A stretch of 63,926 nt of DNA, the filler included, from an uncultured bacterium (GTDB taxonomy: Bacteria > CAZSTA01), in the NCBI GenBank assembly GCA_964609495.1. It is 8 parts of 8 records of this genome, joined end to end, with 100 filler letters (N's around TTAATTAATTAA, not from the genome) between each part and the next. Parts side by side here need not be neighbours in the genome. Positions count along the whole stretch, not along the records: positions 35,828 to 44,536 come from CAZSTA010000161.1; positions 44,637 to 53,340 come from CAZSTA010000162.1; 6 more parts are not named here. One strand, given 5' to 3'. How positions within the stretch are numbered: the stretch's first letter is position 1; the number at the start of each line of letters is the position of its first letter. The position numbers and the translations under genes were made by a program. The notes under the pieces are model-generated. The model was given only the letters and a program-made list of their open reading frames with translations. It was not told where the DNA came from and did no database searches. Positions 38,876 to 48,862 of the stretch are shown here, piece by piece.

Positions 38876-39868
38876 CTAATAGCGAATCTTTCCTATCTTC
38901 ACCCTATAGGTGCGCTGAATATCAATCATTAAAACCGCTGTCGCAATGGAGAGGAATTTAGTCTCAGCGCTATCGGCTCTTGAAGTGAGGACTACTGGAG
39001 CTCTTGCTCCTATTACCACTCCCACCGCTCTTCCTCCCGCTAAATAGATATAGGATTTAGCCAGAGTATTACCAGCTTCCACATCAGGAGCTAGGATTAT
39101 ATCAGCTTGTCCAGCTACGGGGCTTACGATCCCCTTATGTTTAGCCGCTTCTATTGAAACCACATTATCCAAAGCTAAAGGACCATCTACTATACAACTG
39201 GGGAACTGTCCTCTATCGCTCATCGTTTTCAAAAGCGCGGCCTCGATCGTAGATGGCATCGCGGGATTTACTAACTCTACCGCTGATAAAACTGCTACCT
39301 TCGGTTCTTCAATACCAAAGATATGGGCTAAATAAACAGCGTTAAGGATGATCTGAGTCTTCTCTACAAGAGTGGGGGCTATATTCATTCCCCCATCAGT
39401 AATGAAAAGCAGGCGATTATATAGGGGAACTTCTATGATATAAATATGACTCATAAGATATCCAGAACGCAGTCCTATATCTCTATCCAACACCGCTCGT
39501 AGAAAATCATCGCTATGGATGTAACCCTTCATAACAATATCGGCATCTCCACTGCTCACTAATTCTACAGCCTGTCGAGCAGCATCTATATGATCGGGTT
39601 TGTTGATTATCTCTGCACGAGATATATCGATCTCCCTCTCCTCCGCTATTCTCAGGATCTCGCTTTTATCTCCCACTAATATAGAATCTGCTACCTCTTC
39701 TTCATAAGCCCTCTTGACTGCTTTCAATACGGTGTGGTCCTGGGCAACCGCAACTGATAATTTCCTCTTAGGATATTCAATGACCCTCTCCAACATCTGA
39801 TCGAAGTCAGTTATCCTAAGATATTCCTTGGCCCTCTTTATCAACATCTGATCGAAATTAGTTGCCAT
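38876..39868 (-). CDS. ptb: Phosphate butyryltransferase / phosphate acyltransferase
   Basis: ADIVMKG, TDGGMNIAP, SAVELVNP, DGPLALD, PDVEAGN and LTSRADS motifs. Confidence 0.88.
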   Translation of the reverse strand: MATNFDQMLIKRAKEYLRITDFDQMLERVIEYPKRKLSVAVAQDHTVLKAVKRAYEEEVADSILVGDKSEILRIAEEREIDISRAEIINKPDHIDAARQAVELVSSGDADIVMKGYIHSDDFLRAVLDRDIGLRSGYLMSHIYIIEVPLYNRLLFITDGGMNIAPTLVEKTQIILNAVYLAHIFGIEEPKVAVLSAVELVNPAMPSTIEAALLKTMSDRGQFPSCIVDGPLALDNVVSIEAAKHKGIVSPVAGQADIILAPDVEAGNTLAKSYIYLAGGRAVGVVIGARAPVVLTSRADSAETKFLSIATAVLMIDIQRTYRVKIGKIRY

Positions 39869-39963
39869 CTAGATCAAACTCCTTTCTTAGAGATTAAAGC
39901 TCAGTAGATTCCAAATAAAGGGATTACATCCCTCTTCCTGAGCGATTTAATGAATTTAAGTGA

Positions 39964-40010
39964 TTCGCTCATATCCGCATAAGGTGCACCAGACTGATCT
40001 AATGAGCGAA
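39964..40010. repeat. 47-bp stem-loop repeat, copy 1
   Basis: TTCGCTCATATCCGCATAAGGTGCACCAGACTGATCTAATGAGCGAA; near-identical copy at 57193-57239. Confidence 0.75.
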
Positions 40011-40022
40011 GGAAATAATTTT

Positions 40023-40119
40023 CCTCCTCACCCTATCCCTCTCCCACGAGGGGAGAGGGAACATCCAGATAGGACTGCTCTTCTTATTCCCCTCCCTCGA
40101 TGGGAAGGGGTTAGGGGAG
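40023..40119. repeat. REP doublet in inverted orientation
   Basis: CCTCACCCTATCCCTCTCCCACGAGGGGAGAGGGAACATCCAGAT...CCCCTCCCTCGATGGGAAGGGGTTAGGGGAG. Confidence 0.85.
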
Positions 40120-40143
40120 ATTTAAGAGAAGTTCAAGACCTAT

Positions 40144-41046
40144 CTATCCTCTCTTCTCCTTGATAAACTTTTCGGCTTCAGCTAGCGTTGGTATTCCTGC
40201 TCTTCCTCCTAGCTTGGTGCATTTGATAGCCGCTACTGCGGTGGCGAATTCGGATACGCGTCTTATATCCCATTCCCGTAATAGACCATATAGAAAAGCT
40301 CCATGAAACACGTCTCCGGCCCCGGTAGTATCTATCACTTCCACCTCGAAGGTATCACAAATAAAGAAATCTTCCGAGTGTAAGCATACCGAACCATCTT
40401 CTCCCAAGGTTATGACAATTAATTCCGATTTTAAAGATCTCAATTTCTCCGCTGCCTTTCGATAATCACTCTCTCCCGTGAAATCTTCGGCGAATGCTTT
40501 AGAGGCTATTAGGATATCGGTCAACTCCATAAGTTGCCTCGACCTCGGTGAGAAATAGCCCGCGTCGTAGCTTACCTTAACTCCTGCTTCTTTAGCCCAT
40601 CTCGCGGCGGTAATGGCCGTCTCAGAGGGACCATCCAGATGAAGATATCTCCCTGATATTATGTAATCTTTATCCAAATCCCTCGGTAATAAGGGAGAAA
40701 ACGTTCCTTTACTATGAATTATACTTCTCTTTCCAGTTCCTTTATCAACTAGAACGATCGAGAGGGAGGATTTAGCTCCTTTCTGAACTACCATTCTGCT
40801 TATATCAACGCCATAATGGAGGAACTGATCTCTTATAAAATCCCCAGCTTCATCATCTCCCACCTTGCCCACGAAGCCCGCTTTAGCTCCTAATCTAGCT
40901 AGGGTGACCATAGCTGTCGCGGTTGGTCCTCCTCCTTGCTTGGTATAATCGAGGAGAGGATCCCCTTGATCTAATTTGGGAAGATAAGGCACTAATCCCA
41001 CGTGATCTAAGCAACAAGTCCCTAATCCTATAATATCGAAATTCAA
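40144..41046 (-). CDS. PfkB family sugar kinase
   Basis: GGGPTATA, GKVGDD and DTTGAGDVFHGA motifs. Confidence 0.93.
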   Translation of the reverse strand: MNFDIIGLGTCCLDHVGLVPYLPKLDQGDPLLDYTKQGGGPTATAMVTLARLGAKAGFVGKVGDDEAGDFIRDQFLHYGVDISRMVVQKGAKSSLSIVLVDKGTGKRSIIHSKGTFSPLLPRDLDKDYIISGRYLHLDGPSETAITAARWAKEAGVKVSYDAGYFSPRSRQLMELTDILIASKAFAEDFTGESDYRKAAEKLRSLKSELIVITLGEDGSVCLHSEDFFICDTFEVEVIDTTGAGDVFHGAFLYGLLREWDIRRVSEFATAVAAIKCTKLGGRAGIPTLAEAEKFIKEKRG

Positions 41047-41212
41047 GGTTCGATTACCTCTTCCTATATATTTGTCGAAGGCTAGGGAGCTTCAAGCCAT
41101 ATTGCTATAATATCTGAGATATCATAACATTTAAACTTCACCTTGTCAACAAAGGATCTCAACATAGTAAGCATGTAGAATATTGTGCTAGCGGTTTTGA
41201 ACTCCCTTAAAT

Positions 41213-41317
41213 CCCCCTCCCCCTAACCCCCTCCCATCAAGGGAGGGGGAAACTAAAGGGAACAAGCTTATCTGGATGTTCCCTCTCCCCTCGTGGGAGA
41301 GGGCTAGGGTGAGGGGG
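41213..41317. repeat. Complete REP doublet (REP-A + linker + REP-B)
   Basis: CCCCCTCCCCCTAACCCCCTCCCATCAAGGGAGGGGG-AAACTAAAGGGAACAAGCTTATCTGGATG-TTCCCTCTCCCCTCGTGGGAGAGGGCTAGGGTGAGGGGG. Confidence 0.9.
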
Positions 41318-41414
41318 AAATCATATCTTGACTTCTTGGTAAAAATCTACTAGCACAAAGTCTATATACTTCCCTCGACATATTGATATGGAAATTCTGA
41401 GCAGATAGGTTATT

Positions 41415-41858
41415 TTACTCCCTATTCAGGTCATCTACAAACCATCTTTGCCCTCGTTCATCCCCTCTCATAAAGGCAAGACCAGTTATTATATCTTTAG
41501 GGAGTAAATAGTAAGCGACGAAGTTCCTTATATTCTCAGGGTCGTCCCAGATAATATTCCCGTCGGGATCCCTATTATAGCGAGGCTCAGCTACTATTAC
41601 CTGACCTTCCGAGAGTATATTGACATAGTTTGATACTTCAATGGATTCTAATATCCTTAGAGTAAGTTCCGCTAAAGGAAAATCGCTTCTCTTCACCGAT
41701 ATAACCTCGGCTCTGATCTCACTTCTATTAGGGACAACTGGAACCTTAATAGGCGTAGGAGTCGCTTCAACTGAGTACCGACATCCACCTATTAACATAA
41801 CTACTATAGCAGTAAGAAGAAATATATAATTCTTAAACTCCTTCATATCTCTTCTCAT
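41415..41858 (-). CDS. Hypothetical lipoprotein
   Basis: Lipobox-like IGGC after a hydrophobic stretch; GGAGGTG RBS. Confidence 0.7.
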   Translation of the reverse strand: MRRDMKEFKNYIFLLTAIVVMLIGGCRYSVEATPTPIKVPVVPNRSEIRAEVISVKRSDFPLAELTLRILESIEVSNYVNILSEGQVIVAEPRYNRDPDGNIIWDDPENIRNFVAYYLLPKDIITGLAFMRGDERGQRWFVDDLNRE

Positions 41859-41896
41859 CTATATACACCTTCCGATGCAAGTTACACATTTCTCTT

Positions 41897-43219
41897 TCAA
41901 TCTATCTCAAGATTTATAATCGTAGATCTAGTTGTTCGTCCTACACTATCAATAGCTCTGAAGATAAGAGTGTAATATTTGAGTAAGGACTGCTGGGAAG
42001 AGAATAACCTGAACTTGAAGATACCTTGCTCATTGGCTCTCGTCTCATAGGTCCTTATAAACCTTAATTTACCCACAGAATCAGGAGCTAATAGTTCAAC
42101 TCTAACTGTTGCCAAAGGACTTGTTTTTCCCATGATATCCACTGGGACATTGACTATAGAATTATCCCTGTGGCTGATGATTATCGGTTTGAGTAGAACT
42201 TGATAGCTTTCCTCGGGGATATAAGTCTCTCCCTCCCTTTGATAGACGAAGATAGGTCCCTTCCTCCTAGGGGGAGCGAACGAAATAGAGATCGTAGAGG
42301 TATCTTTATCCCAATATACTTCGGCGCCGAACTTCTCAGCCGCAAAACGAAGTGAAATCATAGAACGCCCATTCCAGATATATAAAGGGGCTAATGGCTC
42401 GGATCTAGTTATCCACCTACCGCTCTTTACTATCTCATAATTAAGGCTTCTATCTCTTAACCTCAGATAAGGCTCTTCTCCCTTCCAGACTGTTACTGTT
42501 TTTGTATCCTCTTCCCATTGAACATAGGCACCAAATATACCAAATAGCTCCTTTGAAGGCGCCATAACCCTATCTGAAATTAAAAGAGGGGGGGTAATAA
42601 AGCTAACTGGCTGGCCATTAACTATTATACCTACCTCTGTATATAGAGGTTTATAACTGGATTCCTCGCCACCGCTCTTCTTAACTTGCGATTCAACTTT
42701 AGGTATAACTACAGGAGGGGATTTAGAGACAGGGACTTCGTTTTTTCTGTATATACCAGTTTCCTTTTCCTCCTCCTTTTGAGCGACAGGAGCTTTCTCA
42801 GGCGATTCTTTAGCTACTTCAGGCTTCTTTTCAGCTACCGCGGGAGGAGATTCTTTCGCCTCACCTTTGGAGATCGTTATGGATGTCTCAATAGCTCTAC
42901 TTCTCTTCCCTCTATTATTTACTGCTGTGACCTTAAATTCATATTTTCCGGGGGCCACATCGCCTGATATCCATTCCGTCTTAGGAGCATCAACGCTACC
43001 TTCATGAGAAGCTCCATCACCAGTTTTATAAGAGATATCATATCTTACAATATTCTCTGAGGAAGATGCTTTCCAGCTCAATTTAACTCTTCCATCTTTA
43101 AGATCAGTTGCCTTTAGATCTGATACGGGTCTGATAGATAAAATATCACAGGATAGCAAACTAGACAATGTTATTAGTAATAAAATTAGTAAAATTTTGC
43201 TCGATAATTTTCTTCCCAT
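41897..43219 (-). CDS. Lipoprotein with a fibronectin type III domain and a copper amine oxidase N-terminal (stalk)-like domain
   Basis: LLSC lipobox; VKLSWKAS...YEFKVTAVN (FN3); GRSMISLRFAAEKFGAEVYWD (stalk). Confidence 0.8.
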   Translation of the reverse strand: MGRKLSSKILLILLLITLSSLLSCDILSIRPVSDLKATDLKDGRVKLSWKASSSENIVRYDISYKTGDGASHEGSVDAPKTEWISGDVAPGKYEFKVTAVNNRGKRSRAIETSITISKGEAKESPPAVAEKKPEVAKESPEKAPVAQKEEEKETGIYRKNEVPVSKSPPVVIPKVESQVKKSGGEESSYKPLYTEVGIIVNGQPVSFITPPLLISDRVMAPSKELFGIFGAYVQWEEDTKTVTVWKGEEPYLRLRDRSLNYEIVKSGRWITRSEPLAPLYIWNGRSMISLRFAAEKFGAEVYWDKDTSTISISFAPPRRKGPIFVYQREGETYIPEESYQVLLKPIIISHRDNSIVNVPVDIMGKTSPLATVRVELLAPDSVGKLRFIRTYETRANEQGIFKFRLFSSQQSLLKYYTLIFRAIDSVGRTTRSTIINLEID

Positions 43220-43417
43220 CTTATTCCCACCCCAAATGTATCCTGAAGCTTTATCCTTTATGTATTTACATTATATCATCTCAGCTACTATATGTCAACA
43301 AAAATTATAGCTCTCTCTGCCAATTGATCGTGATAAAAAGAGAATTGTGTCAACGCTTGACTTAATAAAATAATGTGCTAAAATTAATAACAGATGTGGA
43401 TAGAGAGGAGGGGTAAA

Positions 43418-44011
43418 ATGCGAAATCTTTTCAGCCCTAAGGGACAGAAAACGATACTCTTTTTGCTAATAGCCTTGATAGTAGGAACAGGAGTATCAGT
43501 ATATAAAGGTCGCATCTTTAGGAAACATAAAGAAGTCGAGATCATAGAGTCTCCCATCCCTCCTGAAATTAAGAAATCCTATATTCTGGAGGATAGTTTA
43601 TCCGCTATTAAAGAAGATGAGCAGATAGAAAATGAGAATCTACCTGCCACTGATAGCTCCGAGGAGCCACCTAGCTATATCATAGGCACTACCTTACCTG
43701 GTAAAAATATCAATTTGGAGAAGACCGCTCAAACCGCGGAGGATAACAGCACTTTCAAGAGGGAAGAGCTAGAAGAGGAATCAACCGAAGTTGAGAAGCA
43801 GATACCACCTTCTCCAACTAAGATCAATATTAACACCGCTAGTGAGGAGGAGTTAGATACCCTTCCAGGGATAGGACTGGTTCTGGCAGAGAGGGTAATT
43901 GCTTATCGCAAGGAGAACGGGGAATTCAAGTCCATAGAGGAGATAATCGAAGTTAGGGGAATAGGAGAGAAGAAATTCGAGCAAATTAGGGATCTTATCA
44001 CCGTTGAGTAG
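43418..44011 (+). CDS. comEA: Competence DNA receptor ComEA (helix-hairpin-helix)
   Basis: KININTASEEELDTLPGIG...GEFKSIEEIIEVRGIGEK; N-terminal TM; directly upstream of comEC. Confidence 0.88.
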   Translation: MRNLFSPKGQKTILFLLIALIVGTGVSVYKGRIFRKHKEVEIIESPIPPEIKKSYILEDSLSAIKEDEQIENENLPATDSSEEPPSYIIGTTLPGKNINLEKTAQTAEDNSTFKREELEEESTEVEKQIPPSPTKININTASEEELDTLPGIGLVLAERVIAYRKENGEFKSIEEIIEVRGIGEKKFEQIRDLITVE

Positions 44012-44017
44012 GGAAAA

Positions 44018-44536
44018 ATGCGCTATATTCTCGATAGACCGATCATAACTATAACTATACTATATATCATAGGTATAATCATAGGGAGGATAGAAGGAAG
44101 GATCCCCGCCTCTTATATATATCTCATCCTTGCTGGAGTGACGATCTTATCCCTAATAGCTAGAATTCGACGATCCTATCTTGCTCAATATGGAATCGCT
44201 CTGGCTTTCATCCTACTCGGCGGCTGGTTATGTCGAATAGGATTTGAACCACCAAGTGCCGATCATATTCGTAATTTCACTAACAGAGATGATATACAGG
44301 CGATTGAGGGAGAAGTCGTATCAGATCCAATTCACAGAGGAGATAGGATATATTTAATATTTAGAGCGGAAAAAATCGAGCTAGAAGGACGGGAAAAAGA
44401 TGTAGAAGGCTTGATAAAGGTAACGTTGGCGAACTATTATGAAGAAGTGCAATGGCCCGAGTTGAATTATGGGGATAGGGTGATATTCAAACGACCTGCA
44501 TACGATCCTCCTAGGGTGAGCGTTCCTGGGGTTTTC
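44018..44536 (+). CDS. comEC: ComEC N-terminal region (DUF4131), truncated by the contig end
   Basis: Three TM helices then OB-fold-like IEGEVVSDP...LNYGDRV...PGVF; follows comEA. Confidence 0.75.
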
Positions 44537-44649
44537 NNNNNNNNNNNNNNNNNNNNNNNNNNNNNNNNNNNNNNNNNNNNTTAATTAATTAANNNNNNNN
44601 NNNNNNNNNNNNNNNNNNNNNNNNNNNNNNNNNNNNAGGAGGATCTTAA

Positions 44650-45774
44650 GTGGCTACGATAGAGGAAACTAGCAAGGCAATTAGTGCTGAAGAAAGATAC
44701 TACCTAGCCTCCCAATGGCAGCTTATGTGGCGAAAATTTATAAAGCATAAGTTGGCTATTTTAGGGGGAACTATATTAATCATCTTTTATACTTTGGCTA
44801 TATTCTGTGAATTTTTCTCCACCTACGACATATATAAACGCTACACAGGGTATATTTATTGTCAACCCCAAAGAATTCATTTCTTCGATGAAGAGGGAAA
44901 TTTTCACTTCCGTCCCTTTGTTTATGGACTGGAGCGTACAACCGATCCAAAAACCTGGAGCAGGATATATACTGAGGATAAAACTAAGAAATATCCTATT
45001 TACTTTTTTATTCACGGCGATAGGTATAAACTCTGGAATTTATTTCCCTTGGATGTTCATCTTTTTGGGGTAGAGGAACCCGGAGTAATATTTTTATTTG
45101 GAACGGATAAATTAGGAAGAGATTTACTCTCTCGTAATCTCTCCGCCGCTCGTATTTCTCTATCTATAGGTTTAGTAGGAGTATCTTTAAGCTTTATATT
45201 AGGCTGTATATTAGGAGGGATCTCGGGATATTTTGGGGGAACCACTGATATGATCATCCAGAGGGTTATAGAGTTCTTAATCTCCATACCAACTATCCCT
45301 CTCTGGATGGCCTTGAGCGCGGCTCTTCCAGCTGAGTGGCCACCACTTAAAATTTATTTTGGTATCACCATTATTCTTTCCATTGTAGGTTGGTGTGGCT
45401 TAGCCCGGGTAGTTCGGGGGAAGCTTTTGGAGTTAAGGGAGGAGGATTTCGCTATGGCCGCTAAGGTTGCCGGGGCAGGTGAGGGACAAATAATCGTAAG
45501 GCATCTACTTCCTTCCTTCCTAAGTTACCTCATAGTGAGTTTAACCTTAGCTATACCCAGTATGATCTTGGGAGAAACAGCTTTAAGCTTTCTTCATTTG
45601 GGACTTCGTCCCCCGGTAGTTAGTTGGGGTACCTTGCTTCAGGATGCACAGAATATGCGCACAGTTGCTCTTAATTCCTGGCTCCTCATCCCTGGCCTTT
45701 TTGTCATCATCGCTGTTTTAGCCTTTAACTTCTTAGGAGATGGCCTGCGTGATGCGGCTGATCCTTATAAGTAA
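44650..45774 (+). CDS. Peptide/oligosaccharide ABC transporter permease (DppC/OppC-like)
   Basis: FGTDKLGRDLLSR, ARVVRG, ETALSFL and NFLGDGLRDAADP motifs. Confidence 0.93.
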   Translation: MATIEETSKAISAEERYYLASQWQLMWRKFIKHKLAILGGTILIIFYTLAIFCEFFSTYDIYKRYTGYIYCQPQRIHFFDEEGNFHFRPFVYGLERTTDPKTWSRIYTEDKTKKYPIYFFIHGDRYKLWNLFPLDVHLFGVEEPGVIFLFGTDKLGRDLLSRNLSAARISLSIGLVGVSLSFILGCILGGISGYFGGTTDMIIQRVIEFLISIPTIPLWMALSAALPAEWPPLKIYFGITIILSIVGWCGLARVVRGKLLELREEDFAMAAKVAGAGEGQIIVRHLLPSFLSYLIVSLTLAIPSMILGETALSFLHLGLRPPVVSWGTLLQDAQNMRTVALNSWLLIPGLFVIIAVLAFNFLGDGLRDAADPYK

Positions 45775-45788
45775 AGGGGATATGAGGG

Positions 45789-45836
45789 GTGAAAGATGAG
45801 AATAATCTCTTATTGGAAGTGAAGAACCTCCTTTAA
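45789..45836 (+). pseudogene. Stub of a deleted DppD/OppD ATPase gene
   Basis: GTG-initiated MKDENNLLLEVKNLL* at the position where oppD normally lies, between oppC and oppF. Confidence 0.6.
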
Positions 45837-45912
45837 TTGAGATAAGTGAGATGTTATCTTTACACATAGTATTTGACAGATAATAATTTCTGAATAATAT
45901 TAATATAGAGGG

Positions 45913-46944
45913 ATGATTTTTATGGAAAAGGAAAACAAAAATAAACTTTTAGAGGTTAGATCGCTAAAGAAATATTTCCCTATCGAGAAGGGATTTTGGA
46001 GGAATGTAGCTGGCTATGTAAGGGCAGTTGATGGGATTAATCTCTATATCTCGGAGGGAGAGACCCTGGGATTAGTAGGTGAGTCAGGTTGTGGTAAGAC
46101 CACCGCGGGTAGATGCATCTTAAGGGCAATAGAGCCTACCGAGGGGGAGATTTTCTTTAAACTAGATAGTGATAAGGAAGTGGATATTACTAAGTTGGAT
46201 AAGAAAGAGATCAGACTGATTAGAAAAAATATGCAGATGATATTTCAAGATCCCTACTCCTCTTTGGATCCTCGAATGACAGTATTAGATATCATAGGGG
46301 AACCATTACGAGTTAATAAGATCGCTAAAGGCAGGGAGTTGGAGGAGAAAGTTAAAGATTTAGTTCAAAGAGTGGGATTAAATGTAAAGCACCTGAAGCG
46401 CTATCCTCATGCCTTTAGTGGTGGACAAAGACAACGTATCGGGGTAGCTAGAGCGTTGGCTCCCCATCCTAAATTCATTGTAGCTGATGAGCCAGTTTCC
46501 GCTCTTGATGTCTCTGTCCAGGCTCAGATTCTAAACCTTCTGCAAGATCTACAGAAGGAGTTTGATCTGACTTATCTATTTATCTCCCACGACCTGAGTG
46601 TAGTTGAGCATATCTCTGATAGGGTAGCGGTAATGTATGTGGGGAAGATAGTGGAGATGGCGGAAACAGAGGAACTCTTTCTTAACCCTAAGCATCCTTA
46701 TACAGAAGCACTTCTATCCGCTGTGCCTAAGCCAGATCCTCGTCTGAAAATGGAGCAAATCATTCTAGCCGGTGAAGTGGCTAATCCAGCTAATCCCCCC
46801 TCAGGTTGTTATTTTCATCCTCGATGTAGATATGCTCAAGATATATGTGAAGTTGAGGAACCTGAATGGAGAGAAGTTGCTCCTGGGCATTACGTTAGTT
46901 GTCATTTTGCCGATGAGCTTAGCCTTGAGGGGGTACCTGAATAG
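45913..46944 (+). CDS. Peptide ABC transporter ATP-binding protein (OppF/DppF-like)
   Basis: [34 protein letters not shown] and GCYFHPRC motifs. Confidence 0.94.
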   Translation: MIFMEKENKNKLLEVRSLKKYFPIEKGFWRNVAGYVRAVDGINLYISEGETLGLVGESGCGKTTAGRCILRAIEPTEGEIFFKLDSDKEVDITKLDKKEIRLIRKNMQMIFQDPYSSLDPRMTVLDIIGEPLRVNKIAKGRELEEKVKDLVQRVGLNVKHLKRYPHAFSGGQRQRIGVARALAPHPKFIVADEPVSALDVSVQAQILNLLQDLQKEFDLTYLFISHDLSVVEHISDRVAVMYVGKIVEMAETEELFLNPKHPYTEALLSAVPKPDPRLKMEQIILAGEVANPANPPSGCYFHPRCRYAQDICEVEEPEWREVAPGHYVSCHFADELSLEGVPE

Positions 46945-47349
46945 ATGTTAAGGTTTTCTCTTATCTTTTTAGGTTTTATAGCTTGCTTCACCCTAATCCT
47001 CCGAGGGACCGTCTTGTTAATGGGTAAATTTGTAGGTAAGTATGTAGAGGAAAAACATCGAGCAGCTGAGACGATTATTAATACGGGCAAGGTGCCTAAA
47101 AGCTGGACCTATAAATTGGAGGGAAGGATAGCTTCTTTGGAGAGAGCTTCGGAGGAGCCAGCAAAAATATATGAAATTCAGAAGAAGGCTAAGAGTTCTT
47201 ATCTAAAGAGACTCGATCGTCTCATAAAGCACTTTAAAGAATCTCCCTTAATCGAGGATAAAGAAACTCGGGAGATGTTATTAGGCGAGCTTCGAGAAGT
47301 TCGCAATTTATGGGAGGAAAGCAGCTGGCAAGAAATTGTGGCTGGTTGA
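46945..47349 (+). CDS. Hypothetical membrane-anchored protein
   Basis: N-terminal TM helix; abuts oppF. Confidence 0.65.
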   Translation: MLRFSLIFLGFIACFTLILRGTVLLMGKFVGKYVEEKHRAAETIINTGKVPKSWTYKLEGRIASLERASEEPAKIYEIQKKAKSSYLKRLDRLIKHFKESPLIEDKETREMLLGELREVRNLWEESSWQEIVAG

Positions 47350-47352
47350 ATT

Positions 47353-47811
47353 ATGAAGAAAAATTTATTATATGTATTATGCTATGTGCTATGGTTTATC
47401 ACAGTAGCTTTAGGACTTTATAATCTGCTCTCTATCAGAGGGCTATATCTGTTGATTCTAGAAGTGGGCGCACTTAAGGGCTCATTTAATCCTTGGGCTA
47501 TCTCTGCAGCGGATAAGTTCGCTTTCCTCATCCTTGCTGTTATATTCCTTGCGTTCGTCATCTATTGTGAAAGTTATTATCGAGTTGGTGTTATCAAAAG
47601 CAAGCTATGGAGAAGATTTTCTTTAATCACAGGTGGGCAGTTCATTCTCCTTTTCCTCATTAATATCATACCAATTATCCTATATCATGAACTTTATACC
47701 TTGGGATATAATATCTTGGGATATAGTAATACCATTATTATCATTGTAGCAGAGTTTTTCGTGGGTATAATCCTTTTGTTCCTTGCTTTCCGTCCCCCAC
47801 TAAAGGCTTAA
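47353..47811 (+). CDS. Hypothetical integral membrane protein
   Basis: About four TM helices; same operon. Confidence 0.7.
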   Translation: MKKNLLYVLCYVLWFITVALGLYNLLSIRGLYLLILEVGALKGSFNPWAISAADKFAFLILAVIFLAFVIYCESYYRVGVIKSKLWRRFSLITGGQFILLFLINIIPIILYHELYTLGYNILGYSNTIIIIVAEFFVGIILLFLAFRPPLKA

Positions 47812-47847
47812 TCAGTAGCATCTTAGCTCTCCTCTGTATCTCACCCT

Positions 47848-47981
47848 GGTTCTGTCAAAAATTAGCTCTCTAAATTGAAGCTGAAGCTAGATTTTATATG
47901 GTCTCTTGACTACCCCCCCCACCTTTCATCGCACCAGTTCAGCAAATTTTCGACTTTTTTCATTCTATTTTTTACAGAGCC
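47848..47981 (-). mobile_element. 134-bp MITE, copy 2 (inverted)
   Basis: GGTTCTGTCAAAAAT...ATTTTTTACAGAGCC; flanked by CTCACCCT/TTCACCCT direct repeats. Confidence 0.88.
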
Positions 47982-48082
47982 TTCACCCTACCATCAATCA
48001 GTAGAAATCATCTGTGTTCTTATCAGATATTAACCCCTTCCCAGTCCGATATTTTTCATACTTCCCTAGTAAGAAAAATTAC

Positions 48083-48132
48083 TTGACATAATTGTCTAAA
48101 TAAGTTATAATAAAGTGAACTGACCAGTCAGT
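48083..48132 (+). promoter_or_regulatory. Consensus sigma70 promoter plus a palindromic operator upstream of the TetR gene
   Basis: TTGACA-17 bp-TATAAT (48083-48111) then ACTGACCAGTCAGT (48119-48132). Confidence 0.75.
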
Positions 48133-48158
48133 ATAAAATTAAGCGGAGGAGAAGAGCT

Positions 48159-48779
48159 TTGACCTGCGCTGAAGGGGAATACTGCGATAAGAAGGCTAAG
48201 AGAGAAAAGATATTAGAGACCTCTTCTGTTATCTTTTGCCAGCGCAATTATCATGAGGTTACTATGGATGAGATCGCGGCAACGGCGGGAGTAGCTAAGG
48301 GGACTCTGTATAATTACTTCGCTAGCAAGGAGGAGTTATATTTTGCTATTATCCGAGAGGGCCTGACCTCTTTAGCCGATACTCTGGAACAGGAGGTAAG
48401 AGAGGAACAAAGCGTTATAGGGAAGGTGAGACGTATTGTCAAACGCCTTCTGAAGTTTTTCTACAAGCATCGTTACTTTTTCGCTATATTACAGAAGGAA
48501 GAAGGGCAACTTAAGAGCAAGAACCGAATCGGTTGTGAAGAGAAATGGTGTCAAATTAGGTATCTTCTTAAGAGTGTATTACAGCAAGGGATGGATGAGG
48601 GAGTTTTCAAGCAAATTACTGCCGCGGCTACTGCTGATATGATTATGGGTATGGTCAGATCTTTAGTGCAACGTCGCATAGCCGAAAAGGTCTCTTGTCA
48701 AGAGGCGAATCTATTGCTAGGTGTTCTCTTTCATGGCCTACTAGAAACTATAGAGGATGAGATAAGACCAGGTGCTTAA
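48159..48779 (+). CDS. TetR/AcrR family transcriptional regulator
   Basis: TMDEIAATAGVAKGTLYNYFASKEEL helix-turn-helix. Confidence 0.95.
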   Translation: MTCAEGEYCDKKAKREKILETSSVIFCQRNYHEVTMDEIAATAGVAKGTLYNYFASKEELYFAIIREGLTSLADTLEQEVREEQSVIGKVRRIVKRLLKFFYKHRYFFAILQKEEGQLKSKNRIGCEEKWCQIRYLLKSVLQQGMDEGVFKQITAAATADMIMGMVRSLVQRRIAEKVSCQEANLLLGVLFHGLLETIEDEIRPGA

Positions 48780-48862
48780 TATTTGCTGATATGCTGATCG
48801 GTATCTGTTTTGGTGCGGGTTGAGAGTAGATAAGCCTGCCCAATCCCAATTATTAGAAGGAG

